A stretch of DNA of 58,306 nucleotides, the filler included, from Porpidia crustulata (Eukaryota): the NCBI GenBank assembly GCA_964255105.1. It is 7 parts of 7 records of this genome, joined end to end, with 100 filler letters (N's around TTAATTAATTAA, not from the genome) between each part and the next. Parts side by side here need not be neighbours in the genome. Positions count along the whole stretch, not along the records: positions 25,084 to 33,326 come from CAXUWE010001147.1; positions 33,427 to 41,664 come from CAXUWE010001148.1; 5 more parts are not named here. The stretch is one strand, 5' to 3'. The position numbers and the translations under genes were made by a program. How positions within the stretch are numbered: position 1 is the stretch's first letter; every line of letters begins with the position of its first letter. The notes under the pieces were generated by a model. It was not told the origin of the DNA and made no database searches. It saw only the letters and a list, made by a program, of their open reading frames with translations. Of this stretch, positions 25,084 through 37,492 are shown piece by piece.

Positions 25084-27155
25084 GGTTTTTAGGCCGGTGC
25101 GGGGGTGGACACATGGTAGACTTTGGGGGGTTTGGAGGATCCAACAGTAGTATACCGAAATCCTGCATTTAGATGGTGTGGAAGACGTCGGCGTGCCGTG
25201 ACGCATGGAGTCGGAGATTTTGTGGTTGTATTTCGTGCCGGCGCCGTTCAAACGCCATCACAACCGCCGTCGGACCAGCAGCAACTACCGCTATCATATC
25301 CATCAAACACTCATTTTCATTTTCATTATCGGAATCATCGAGGCAAGCGATGCTGCGAGGGCAGAGATCACAAGAGATAGGTAATTCGCTGGATACATTA
25401 CCTTGGAAGTTGTGAAAAAGGGCTGAGACGGGGTTTCTTGGGGGCAATAAACTTGACTTGAGACTGCAAGATTGGAAATGAAAGTTTCGAGAAAGGAAAA
25501 GAAGGAGGCTGAGGCTTTCTTGTACGATTGGGTACTCGATCCTGAAAACGAGCTAGATGTTATCTTCATGTGAGTACCGTAATTATGTTTTTAATCTTGT
25601 AGGAAAAGCCCTGTGAGGTCACTCGGATTTGCAGTGGATGTGGCGAGGTGGTGACTTGAGAAATAGAATATATCTAGCTAGATGTTTCCGCTTAATCTCT
25701 AGCATGATGATCTTGCAGACATCTTGCCTAAAGGAGAAGCATTCTTTATATAACGATAAGTGAGTGAAGCTGAACAGAACAATTTGGAAATATCATTTGG
25801 AACGGGTCCGTAGAATATGTAAAGCCATAGTCAAAAGAAATGGTAGTCCTTTCTGATGATGACTTTGGAAAGTATCGACGTTCCTTTTTGGTGTGAATAT
25901 GACACCATGACTTTCTGATATGTCTGTCGCCAGTCACTCAGGACTGACTGCCACGATACAATCGAGTAAAGGATGGAATGCCCTTTCAATAGCTCCGTGG
26001 AGCCTGAGTGCCTTACTCATACAGTAGCTGCTTTCCTACTAGTAGCGTCGTGTGCCAGTGTGTGCAATCACTTATTTGGTCCGATATCTGCCCTGCGGAT
26101 AACAAAGCGCTTGTTAATAGAGTTGGACATTGGTAAGCCAATCTTCTCATTCGCTACCTCCTTGGAATCGGCAAGAGCGAAAAGCATTGCGTGGAGAGGG
26201 CGTGCGTTATCCCATCGTTGTCGTTTCAGGTCAGTGGCCAAGTAAGTATGAACTAAGAGAACCAAAATTCAGAGAAAGGCCGACATATTTCTTTGTCTTG
26301 CGTCGAGGTGGCTAGAACGAACGGAACACACGTCCCGTGAGATTGTATCTGACTTGGAATAAGCGCCTAGGTGCATGCAAAACTGACAGCCTGACAAGCA
26401 GGTGCTTATATGTTGCTTCGACCCTGGCGTGCCTGGGAGTTGCTCTCACACGTGGTCTCTATTATGCATGTCGGCCATCTCCGATCTCATGTTGGACCCA
26501 TCTAAATCTGTCGCACTACTCGATAGCGCAGGAAGATTGAAAGTTCTAGATCTAAATATCCCAAGAGCAATATCTTGAAGTTCAATGTGAAGATTCATTG
26601 CCGCTCCCAGTGTGGCAGTCACTCCAGTCTCGTTAAAGTGGTGCCAGACCGGTCGGCCACTCCACTCCATACACTAGCTAAGCCCCATTCGGATAGTACA
26701 AAACTTCGATAGTTTTGTGGGGAAGTCCTGGGTGAGTGGTGTAGATGTTGTGGAGTATCATTTTATGTATTATTATTGAATGCGATTTGATATCCTGCTC
26801 TTGCTTGATAACTGATTCTCATCAACACAGCAATCTTTGTGCTCTTTCACAACTCGTTGCTTGTCATGAGCTTGATCATACACGACTTCTGTCTCTAGCT
26901 GCAAGTCGCTTTGCCTGTTGCGCGTCGCTGCGACGTGCGTACAAAAAAGGACATGAAGCCGGAAACTGTTGATAGAATTGATCTGCTGAAACTCATCATA
27001 GCTATACTTGCTATATACTAGTATAGAATATAAGTAAGGTATATCACGATCAGCGGAAAGAAATGCGGGGACCAGAATTGATGTGGCTAACGTTCTCCTG
27101 GTCAGATAAAGATAACTACTCCTATCTAGGCGAGAAAAAAGCAACGGAGATGGCT

Positions 27156-27197
27156 GACTCAAGACTCAAGACTCAAGACTTCAGACTTGAGACTCAA
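27156..27197. repeat. Heptamer tandem repeat (GACTCAA)-like x6
   Basis: GACTCAA x3, GACTTCA, GACTTGA, GACTCAA. Confidence 0.9.
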
Positions 27198-27655
27198 GTG
27201 GTGAAGAGATGATCATCTCAATTGATGTTGATCAACGTCAATCGCATATAGGCTGTACGATAGGCACTACAAACAACCACTATCATCACTGACACTCTGA
27301 ATGGAGGAGGTCTGGGCACGATCAATTCCCGTTCTGGGACGGCTCGGCTAAAGCTGCATGCGCCACATCGTCTTATCGCGTCCGTCTGTTGTCGTCCTTT
27401 TCGCCCAAGGTGGTGGGGCTGGAAGACTAGAGTCTGGAATCTGCATCCACAGGTTATCGAGATCTTGCAGATCGGGGTAATAACGTGTGCATTAGATATG
27501 GCCGGCGCCGACCGCCATCATCCACCATATTTAGAGAGCATTTCCTGCTTCTCTATTAAAGCTGTCTTTGATCTCATCTCCCTTGTGTCATTGCAAAAGC
27601 GCCAAAGCCAAATTATGACCTAGGAACTCCAAAATTGCGGAAGAACTGCGTCGAT

Positions 27656-29553
27656 ATGGATGATTCACCTGATCGAATCGGTCCGGACACGGCACCCAAG
27701 AAAACGTTTGGAGATAAGGGAAGATCATTCCTCCGCGCTTTTACGACCAAGTAATGAGCAACTTACCAGAGGCGTGGAATTGGAGAACCTGCTGACACGT
27801 CCCAGGGAGGGCTTGGTGGGCGATTACGACTATGCCTTCTTGTTCAAACCGAATCTGCCCTTCATGGCCAAATCCAAGAGGGCCGCTCCCTTTTTTGGTC
27901 TCAACGATAAAATGCCTGTTATGCTGGCGCTGCTGCTGGGTTTCCAACATGCCTTGTCTATGTTGGCTGGAATTATCACCCCCCCAATCATCATATCCGG
28001 TCAAGGTGGTGCGAACTTGGGGGGAATCGATGCGCAATACTTGGTGTCAACGTCATTGATAGTCTCTGGAATCCTGTCGTCCATTCAGATTACAAGATTC
28101 CACATTTACAAGTCACCATATTATATCGGGACCGGTCTGATCTCTGTGGTTGGGACGAGTTTCGCTGTTATTCCAGGTGAGGACTTGGCTGTCTCACAAT
28201 CCACCGACTTCTAACATTGAAATAGTTGCGGCTGGTGCATTTAAACAGATGTATGCAACAGGCTTCTGTCCCACGGCTGCAGACGGCTCTCCATTAGCTT
28301 GCCCGAGAGGCTACGGAGCGATCCTCGGTACTTCGTGCCTGTGCGCGTTACTCGAGATCGGTCTTTCTTTTACGAAGCCGTCCGTCTTGAAGCGGTTCTT
28401 TCCACCGCTAGTGACAGGCCCGACGGTGACTTTGATTGGTATATCCCTGATCCAAAGCGCATTCCAGGGTTGGGCTGGGGGCAGCGGCACTTGTGCCACC
28501 AGGCCGACTAGTGGTCCCTATGTGGTGTGCCCAATGGTCGGCGCTCCTCATGCCCTGCCTTGGGGTAGTGCGCAATTCTTCGGTCTGGGTTTTACTGTTT
28601 TCGTGACAATTATTATCTGCGAGCGTTTTGGCAGTCCAATTATGAAATCTTGCTCAGTCGTGGTTTCTTTACTGATAGGCTGCATCATTGCGGCAGCGAC
28701 AGGTTACTTTGACGCTTCGGGCATCACCGTAGCACCAGCGGCCTCGTTCGTCTGGGTCCACACCTTTCCTCTTAGTGTTTACGGACCAATCGTGTTGCCT
28801 TTGCTCAGTGTGTACATTGTTTTGATGATGGAAGCCATCGGCGACATCACGGCCACGTGCGATGTGTCCCGTCTTGAAGTCGAAGGAAAGCTCTTTGATT
28901 CAAGAATCCAGGGAGGAGTTCTGGCGGATGGTCTCAATGGGCTCATCGCAGGCCTCGCAACGATAACACCGGCGTCGACGTTCGCACAAAACAACGGCGT
29001 CATTGCCCTTACGCGCTGCGCGTCGCGAAAAGCCGGTTATGCCGCGTGTTTCTTCCTCATTATCATGGGTGTCTTTTCCAAATTTGCTGCAGCCTTGGTC
29101 TCTATACCGGCTTCCGTCCTAGGAGGTGTGACTACGTTCCTCTTTAGCTCGGTTGCGATATCAGGCATCCGGATTATCTCAACAGTACCCTTCACTAGAC
29201 GGAATCGCTTTATCCTTACCGCAGCGATGTCCCTTGGCTTTGGCGCCACCCTCGTCCCAACTTGGTTTTCTTATGTATTTACATACACTGGAAACAATCA
29301 CGCAAAACAGGGTTTCTTCAATGCTATTGTACTAGTGATGGAGACCGGATTCGCGATAACAGCCTTCCTGGCGATCTTCCTCAACCTTATCTTGGACGAG
29401 GAGATCGAAGATGAAGCCGCGAGTATCACGGCTGACACTGCGGATGTAGCAGATGACCGGGAGGAGTGGCGACATATTCGACAAAACAAAGTCGAAGATG
29501 ATGGGTCAAATGGAGATTCCGCCGAGAAGGCTGTCAACCAAAAGTCCGCTTAG
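27656..29553 (+). CDS. uapC: Purine (uric acid/xanthine) permease, NAT/NCS2 family, UapC-like
   Basis: Exons 27656-27750, 27806-28176 and 28226-29553 give 598 codons. GLVGDYDYAFLF, QHALSML and NAT signature FAQNNGVIALTR. N-terminus MDDSPDRIGPD resembles UapC. Confidence 0.9.
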
Positions 29554-31235
29554 AACAGTCGGCTTTTTGGCATCTCTCGGCACAAGCAACCATGTTGCCT
29601 CTTGCAAATGTATGTATAAAGGGAAAGGGCCTCAATACTTAGACCCTTGTCATTGGTTCTAGTAATATCAGAGCAATATTTTCCAGTCTCCGTCATCTTG
29701 TTTCCGTGTTGATACTCGATATGATAATGTGTTTCGATAGACAAGCTGTTGAATATTAAGCCCATCCAAATTATCTTGCGACCAAGTTGAATGATGATGC
29801 GAACAGAACCCCGCAACATTGGTTGAGCTGGCCGATGTACACAGAAAGGCAACGGCAATGCTTGGGACACCACAATCTGGCACGAATTAATTTACTGGCA
29901 GGACCGATTCCACGACTTAGAATGATCTAGAACAGCTGTTGGAGACGCCCCTCGGGTCAGGACCAAATCTAGGGGACGATTGGTAACAAGAACGGGGCCT
30001 AAAGGCTGCGCATCCATGATACATCGACGAGACATGATTCTAGCTTTGGCCGTTCAACTCAAAGCATCTTTTGTTGAGAAAGGATAACGCAGGTTGCGCG
30101 GAGTAAGACTGTACCCAATCCCACGTGCTCGTGCACAGCGCATATCGAAGGATGTTAATTCTCAACAAGATTCATGGGAATATTCCGCCGGCAGGCATGA
30201 AGATGGCGTCCATCACGATCTCAGCTTTACGCCTATTTTGAGGCCTCAGCATTGCTGAATGATACCTATATTGTCCTTGCCATAGTATGCCGTGTCTAAG
30301 GCCCCTGTGTGAAGCGGCATGCCGAGGTGTCTTTAACAATAACATTATTGCTTGTCGTGATACCGGAAGATCTAGAGCGTGCCATGGCTGTGAAACGTTG
30401 GGAACATGGGAAGCGCATAACAAGAGAATGCGCATTGCTGCTTTGGATCAATTACCGTCGTTCTGTTTGCATGATGCATCTTAGGTATCCGAGGGTACCG
30501 AACCCTACCTGCAGTCCTACCATGTCACCGCTGCCGATCCCCAGAAAATAGCCATAGGGCTGCATTTGCAGACTGATAACTCCTACCATGATTGCCCTCC
30601 TGATGTCGTTCTTTTGCAAGATGGTATTTGCTTCATGATTGATGTGTTATATCAGTGCATGAGGGCCGGTACATAGAAATGTATGTAATTACGTGAGACT
30701 GGTGCCCGGCTTGGATCTGAAGTGTTTGGTACCTAGAAGGCAATCGGTGTTGAAATATTCACCGATAAGAATCGCGTGAGACACGGTTCGTCACTAGCGT
30801 GCTGATGACGCAGGGCTCCCGCACAAAGGTCCCATGAGCCAATCACAAGCATACATAATGATTGACCGCCCGGCAGTAAACTTTTTGTTGGGGCAGCCCC
30901 AACGTTTCACAGAGAAATCTGGGGGAAAGCTCGTTATGATAAGCCTGTGATGAGCCTCATACATGGACGCTGTGATGATCGAGCCGAGGTGTAGCTTTAA
31001 GAAAATTTAGAAAGTAACCACCCACTACTTCTTCATCCTGCTGACCCTGGCCGATGATCTCAACATAAGCAGGCCCATCACTATCAAAATCCGAACAAAT
31101 TCTCTCAAATTCGCCGGTACCCCACAACTTTCCATTAGCCCCAATCCTTCCTCTTTAATATTCTCTACCTGCCTCTCTTCCTTTTCCTCCCTTAAATAAT
31201 CATCTACCACCATATCATTTTGCCGACTCACTATC

Positions 31236-32733
31236 ATGCCTTCAAATCAACCAGCTGCTGGCCATTTGGCTATCCAGCCACAGTATCTCTCTTCTCAACC
31301 CTCATCTCAAGCCAAAGCATCAGAACCCAACCGAAATCGATCCTATGAACCCAAAAAGGCGCACATTACCGATGCTCCTATCACCAGAGCAAACTGGTAC
31401 AAGCACGTGAACTGGTTGAATGTAACACTCATCGTCGGTGTCCCCGTCTATGGCTGTGTTCAAGCTTTCTGGACGCCGCTGCGATGGCAGACAGCTTTCT
31501 TTGCTATTGCCTACTACTTCATGACTGGACTAGGCATTACGGCTGGTAAGTTACAGCCCAATGGAAACGTCTTTTATCTTTGCTAACAGCAGCATAGGCT
31601 ATCATCGGCTGTGGGCACACACATCTTACTCGGCCACTCTTCCCCTTCGAGTCTTCCTTGCCGCGGTCGGTGGTGGAGCCGTTGAGGGCTCAGTGAGATG
31701 GTGGGCAAGAGATCACCGTGCCCACCACCGCTACACCGACACCGACAAAGACCCATACTCCGTTCGAAAAGGTCTAATGTATTCCCATTTCGGCTGGATG
31801 TTGATGAAGCAAAACCCAAAGCGTATTGGCCGTACTGACATCTCCGACCTCAACGAGGATCCTGTCGTCGTCTGGCAACACCGCAACTATTTGAAGGTTG
31901 TCATGTTCATGGGTCTTATTTTCCCCATGCTGGTTTGTGGCCTTGCCTGGGGTGACTGGTTTGGTGGCTTCATCTATGGCGGAATTCTCCGCATTTTCTT
32001 CGTACAACAAGCCACTTTCTGTGTCAACTCCCTCGCTCATTGGCTCGGCGACCAACCCTTCGATGACCGCAACTCTCCTCGCGACCATGTCATCACTGCC
32101 CTGGTAACTTTGGGAGAAGGTTACCACAATTTCCACCACGAGTTTCCTTCAGATTACCGCAACGCCATTGAATGGCATCAGTATGATCCTACAAAGTGGT
32201 CGATCTGGATGTGGAAGCAACTTGGTCTTGCATATGATCTTAAGCAGTTCAAACAGAATGAAATCGAAAAGGGCCGAGTTCAACAGCAGCAGAAGAAGCT
32301 GGACCAGAAGCGCTCGAAACTCGACTGGGGTGTTCCCCTCGACGCTCTGCCTGTTATGGAGTGGGAAGACTTTACCGACCAAGCCAAGAATGGCCGTGGC
32401 CTCATTGCTGTTGCAGGAGTTGTCCACGACGTTACGGAATTTATCAAGGAACATCCGGGTGGAAAAGCCATGATCAAGTCTGGCATTGGCAAGGACGCTA
32501 CAGCGATGTTCAACGGTGGTGTCTACATGCACTCCAATGCCGCACATAACCTGCTCTCCACGATGAGAGTCGGTGTTATCCGTGGTGGATGCGAGGTCGA
32601 GATCTGGAAGCGCGCACAGCGAGAGAACAAGGATGTGCAGTACGTCAAGGATGACCAGGGACAGAAGATTATTCGAGCGGGTAATCAAGTCACAAAGATT
32701 GCTGAGCCGTCTGCCACCGCTGGCGCCGCATAA
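31236..32733 (+). CDS. OLE1: Delta-9 acyl-CoA desaturase fused to cytochrome b5
   Basis: His boxes [13 protein letters not shown] and [13 protein letters not shown] heme motif; intron 31546-31597. Confidence 0.97.
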
Positions 32734-33326
32734 AATTTTCGCCTTGCTCACGATGTTACGACGGCCGGCTCATCTTCCGAAGCACTCGCTTGCATTATTT
32801 TTTGGCCAGGCGTTTCGGGGTTCCTACTTTTATCAATTCACGAATTGATCGCCAAGAATATTTACTACAGTGTCATAGACCGATATTTTTACTTTCGGGT
32901 GTACATAGAGGTGCTTCTGGAGGTGTCTTCCGCGACGGTGTAGAACATAGATTACGTGGTTTGAAGTGGTTGTTGTTCGGGCAGCTTAGATAGGCTGTTG
33001 TCGAGTCGAGTTAATTCAATGCCAATTATCGCTTATATGCGTCTCTTACCTTTGAATGTGACCGATTTGATATGACAGTGCCTCGGTATCTTTCGAATAT
33101 TGATCAACATGACATACGAGTATCAACGCAATGCATATATGGGTACCTAGGAAAGGAACGCCCGCGCCAAAACATCCTTAGCCCCCAACCCATCCGAATA
33201 AGGAACAAAGTAACTTACCTACCAGTCTGTCAAAACGCAAGCAGGATTCTCAAATCCAGAAGTTTAGACAATTTGCTGGATACAACGTGTACATAGATAA
33301 AATCCACACACGACATCTCCTAACAC

Positions 33327-33426
33327 NNNNNNNNNNNNNNNNNNNNNNNNNNNNNNNNNNNNNNNNNNNNTTAATTAATTAANNNNNNNNNNNNNNNNNN
33401 NNNNNNNNNNNNNNNNNNNNNNNNNN
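33327..33426. other. Artificial contig spacer
   Basis: N44-TTAATTAATTAA-N44. Confidence 0.99.
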
Positions 33427-34150
33427 TTACTCATTTGCATCTCTGTTTATATCTTGTGTTGTTATTAGAACAACCGTTACATGTCAGATAGTTTGAAATT
33501 AGAACTTGAGATATGTTAGATGATCAATTTACGACGAGAATAGTTTAGCTTCAAGGTATTACGCGCGAGTGTACTTGTTAAACATCATATTCGATTCTAT
33601 ATGTGAATTTCTTATGCCTATTTCGCGTAAACAATCCGTCAAGAAACATTAATTCGAAGAAAGAGACTTGACGAAGCAAGTCCTGCTACAACCGACATCG
33701 GGGTATAGTTTTACCCGAGTCAGAAAGGTGAGGCAAGCATGCGAATTGCGCCCGTTGCATCCCAAAAGGCGAAATACTGAGTCGTTCAGACCTAGCCATA
33801 CTACTATATGCCTGGCGTGACACGTCTGAGAGACTGCGACAATCATTAGTCAAGAAAACCGAAAACAAGAAGAACCTAGTAAAGTGATAGGAAATGATGT
33901 TGATTATTACCGTAGACGAAGCAGTACTTGACGTAAAGTTCAGAGTGAGACTCAATAACTTAGTTATACTAAAAATCAAAATCTTAACATTATTGAAAAT
34001 TTTGATGCGGTTTGTAGAAAGCAATTATGTTCTCTGAAAACATTGCATAGAAAATCTACGTGCATGATAAGGAGGATGTACAATACGTATACAATCGGTC
34101 TCTTAATTATTGTCCTTTATCACAACCTAAACAAGATTAAGAGTATGGTA
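33427..34150. repeat. AT-rich degenerate sequence at a contig start, possible RIP-mutated repeat relic
   Basis: Visibly AT- and TpA-rich, stop-rich, no credible ORF. No TE domain recognised. Confidence 0.35.
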
Positions 34151-34409
34151 CCAAGACAACAAGGAACTAGGAGTCCGATCAGGTCGTGATACACTAAGCC
34201 GGCTCCAATTGTTGTTGAGAAGTCCTGTTGAATTCATTTGAGGATCTTTTCTGATTGGTCAAAGAACCTCGTAGTATTTCTCAAAATACAGTAATGCAAA
34301 TCTCTGGACGTCGTTAGCCTACCTGTTAGCGACGTAGTGACTCCTCTTCTTACGGCCTTGCCTTAGCTTTGCATTGGGATCCCAATGTCTGGACGACTTA
34401 TTTCTTCTT

Positions 34410-35758
34410 TCATCCTAAGGGGACCAATCCTCTGCGTGGCTAGTCCAACGTCAATTAAGCCACGTTGGTACTGAAGATGCTTTGCTACTGTACTGGGGAG
34501 AATTGGCGGAGTTTTACTCCCCCTTCGGCAAAGATGGCTGCAGTCTTATTCATTCAGCTTTGAACAAAGCAGGGCATCTAAAAAAAGGGCTATTAGGCTT
34601 ACCTCCTCATCCATACCATATCCCTGAGAATATACTACCTCGCCAATACCAACTTGGGTGATCTTGATACTGCAGGTCAGGCATGGGCAACTGCAACATC
34701 CATTAGGAGTGAATGCATGTATCTTTTGCACAGACACTTACGTGTCGCAGTACAGGACGGAGCCTTCCCTAATACGTTCACGCCCTGCTTCCAGCAATGC
34801 ATTCTCTTCGGCGTGTATACATAAACATGTTGCGAGACCTACGCCAGCTCGGTGCCCTGTATTGCAGCGTGCACCTGGGAGCATCAGCATAAGGCTATTG
34901 GCCGATTGCGGGCAGTATTTGGACCTACAACCACCTTCGTTGCAGTTCATGATATTTCTAGGAGTCCCATTGTAACCTGTGCTTATCACTCTTCTCTCTC
35001 GAACAAGAACACAACCCACTCGTCTCTTCATGCAATTACTCCTTAGTGCTGCTAGCGAAGCTAACTGCATGAAGTATTGGTCCCAATTAGGACGTAGACG
35101 CTCGACGTCGGCCAAATTCAAACCCTGAAGTGCTTCGTCCAATGTTGCTAAGGAAGTTGTTTGGTTAATTAGTCGAACCTCGGCGCGGTCGATTAGTCGT
35201 GCCACGCCTGACATGCGATCAAAGAGATAACTGTCATTGTGCAGCATAAAACCTTCGAGCGTAGGCGGTACTTGCTGATGCAATTCACACCTGCGAGACT
35301 GCATGAGCTCCGAAATAAATCGAGCGCAATTTCCGACTTTACCGCTCCTTAAAACGTTTCCATCGAAGAGTCACTGGCGCATCCACGCTGACGAGGAGAA
35401 AGAATGGTCGCCGCAATAGACTCTCAACAATAGATTCGTCCCACACATCTGTAGTCACCCAATTTTGTTTCCATCTCCTTGTTACAAAGTCCAAAAGCTG
35501 CTCTACCGTGTCGAAAGATCTATTTCCACTATCGTCTTTGAGATTCCTGCGTGGATATCGGGGAGTGTGAACTTGACTATCGGATTCATCGACCAAACCT
35601 GTACGGGCAAGCGATACCTCGGAGAAATTGCAATGCACTATAAGATATCTTGCGACGGAATGCTTCCCTGCGCAAATACCTTTTCCTTACTAGTCAGCTG
35701 CATTGGAAGGGAAGCGTGACTCGATTTCAATTTTACCTCCGCACAAGCCTAGCAGCAT
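34410..35758 (-). CDS. DCD1: Deoxycytidylate (dCMP) deaminase with N-terminal P-loop-like domain, multi-exon
   Basis: MLLGLCG-GICAGK, RPNWDQYFM, RSNCMKRRVGC, TGYNGTPR, CLCIHAEENALLEAG, CPCLTC. Last exon PRRGLVPLG* ends at 34410. Confidence 0.94.
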
Positions 35759-36546
35759 ATTGATGAATGTTGGTGATGGTTATAGAACACTGAGGTTCTA
35801 ATGATAAGGCAGGTAAGGTCGTAGAATAATGGCACTAGAATCCTATAGCTACCTTAGGGTTATGAAGAAACAGCTAGCACTTATCTTCCTCGCTTGAATA
35901 AGGTAACATATCACGCGGGAGACAAAAAAATCCGGACCGTAAATGTCAACCCTTCGCCCACACCACTAAGGGTACTACCGCATTTTTAGAGAAATCCACT
36001 GATTTGATAGTCAGTCATATCATTCTCGTCGTTAATGTTTGCGCTCTTAAAATATATTAACACTCTGAATTCTAGCTGAAGCAAATGAATTAGGATCTTG
36101 ATCAGATCTCGATATTATGTTATTGAATTTTAATCTTCAAAAATGCAGCAGTAAGTTTGATAGTATGGGTGGAGGATTGACATTTGCGGTCCGTATTTTT
36201 TTGTCTTCCGCGTGCATATATACGTGTAACGAATCCTTACTCAGGCTGGTTTTTAATGCAGAAGCGAGAATTCCGGTCTATATCATTTCCTTGTGTCCGA
36301 AGGAAAAATTATTAGCCTGAGTAATTACACCAAATTTCTGTTAGTGGCTGCTCGAGGGCGACCACGAACTAACAAGATATTTCCAGAATTGACCCAAACC
36401 AGAGTTCTCTCAAAATACGAGTATCGTTTCGCCGACGGGTAAGGAAAAACGCTACCTAGCCACATCAACCGTGCCTGCAGATCGGGTGGCTCAGAAGCGG
36501 GACGAATAATTATCGAAATTCTAGTCCTAACTTTAGCCTTTCAGTT

Positions 36547-36825
36547 CACCAGGGGTGTCAAAAGTCAGTGGAGTCAGCCCTACTCCACCGAGGCCTCGCC
36601 AAAACTTATTTAGTTGTTCCATTTCCCACCCACAGCCAATCTATGAATTAAATACGGGCGCGCATGAGGGAAATACCATGGCGCTGTGATCAGCTAATTG
36701 TATTAAGTGGTCAATCTATCAAATCGGATTTATAGTGATGGATTCATGTAATTAGCAAATTCCATGTTTGGCAGGCCGGAGACGCCTCGGTAGGGCTGAC
36801 TCCACTGACTTTTTGACACCTGGTG
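36547..36825. mobile_element. Non-autonomous MITE-like element with imperfect terminal inverted repeats
   Basis: Left end CACCAGGGGTGTCAAAAGTCAGTGGAGTCAGCCCTAC; right end reverse complement CACCAGGTGTCAAAAAGTCAGTGGAGTCAGCCCTAC. Exact 24-bp core at 36560-36583 and 36790-36813. Non-coding interior. Confidence 0.75.
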
Positions 36826-37492
36826 GTTCAGGGAAGAATCCTGACCGAAAGCCTTGATTGTTCAAACTTCTTAATTAGGTATACAACCTAGATGTTCGAT
36901 GCGAACAATTAGAGTACGGCCTTATTCGGCGTTGTCTAGTATGGCAGTGAAGTGCCTTCACTCCCTTTGAAGGTTAGACTTAAGTGCATGACGATCTGCA
37001 CGACCCAGTCATCGATCTGAAACCCGTCTGTGCGTCTCCGTAAGTCATCCCGTTCTTGGTAATCAGGAGATCTTCCTTCCCCTGCTAGCCCCACGCAAGA
37101 TTTTGAGAAGGGTATCAAGGTCTGGACGGTACCCCTCCCGCTGTCAGTACATTACCAAATTACCTACCTACCATACTGTAGCACGTGCTCCGATACAGCT
37201 AGAGAGCCCGTGCCCGTGGTTCGGCCCTGTGATCGTCCCGCAGCCACCTCGGCTTGAAGCTCAAATCCTACAAGTACTTCTCTCTTTCACATCGATCCAT
37301 GCCCTTAGCCATGGCTTCGCCTCCTCAACCTATTTAGACTGATCGATCTTTGCTTTCTCGCATACCAAGAATTTCTGAACAGCTCCATTCATTTGTCGCT
37401 TAGATTTAGTAGACGCCAAGGCAAGCTTCAGACGATACACTCACTACCATCACTATATCTGTAGTGTGCTATCCCAGCGCGCATTTGCAGAG

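Noticed and set aside
25084..25569. Possible secreted protein on the minus strand (MYPANYLSLVISALAA...)
   Set aside because: Frames close quickly, no consistent GT-AG model could be built, and the contig ends here.
35912..35916. ACGCG (MCB-like core) upstream of DCD1
   Set aside because: Single 5-mer that is not the full ACGCGT; expected by chance.
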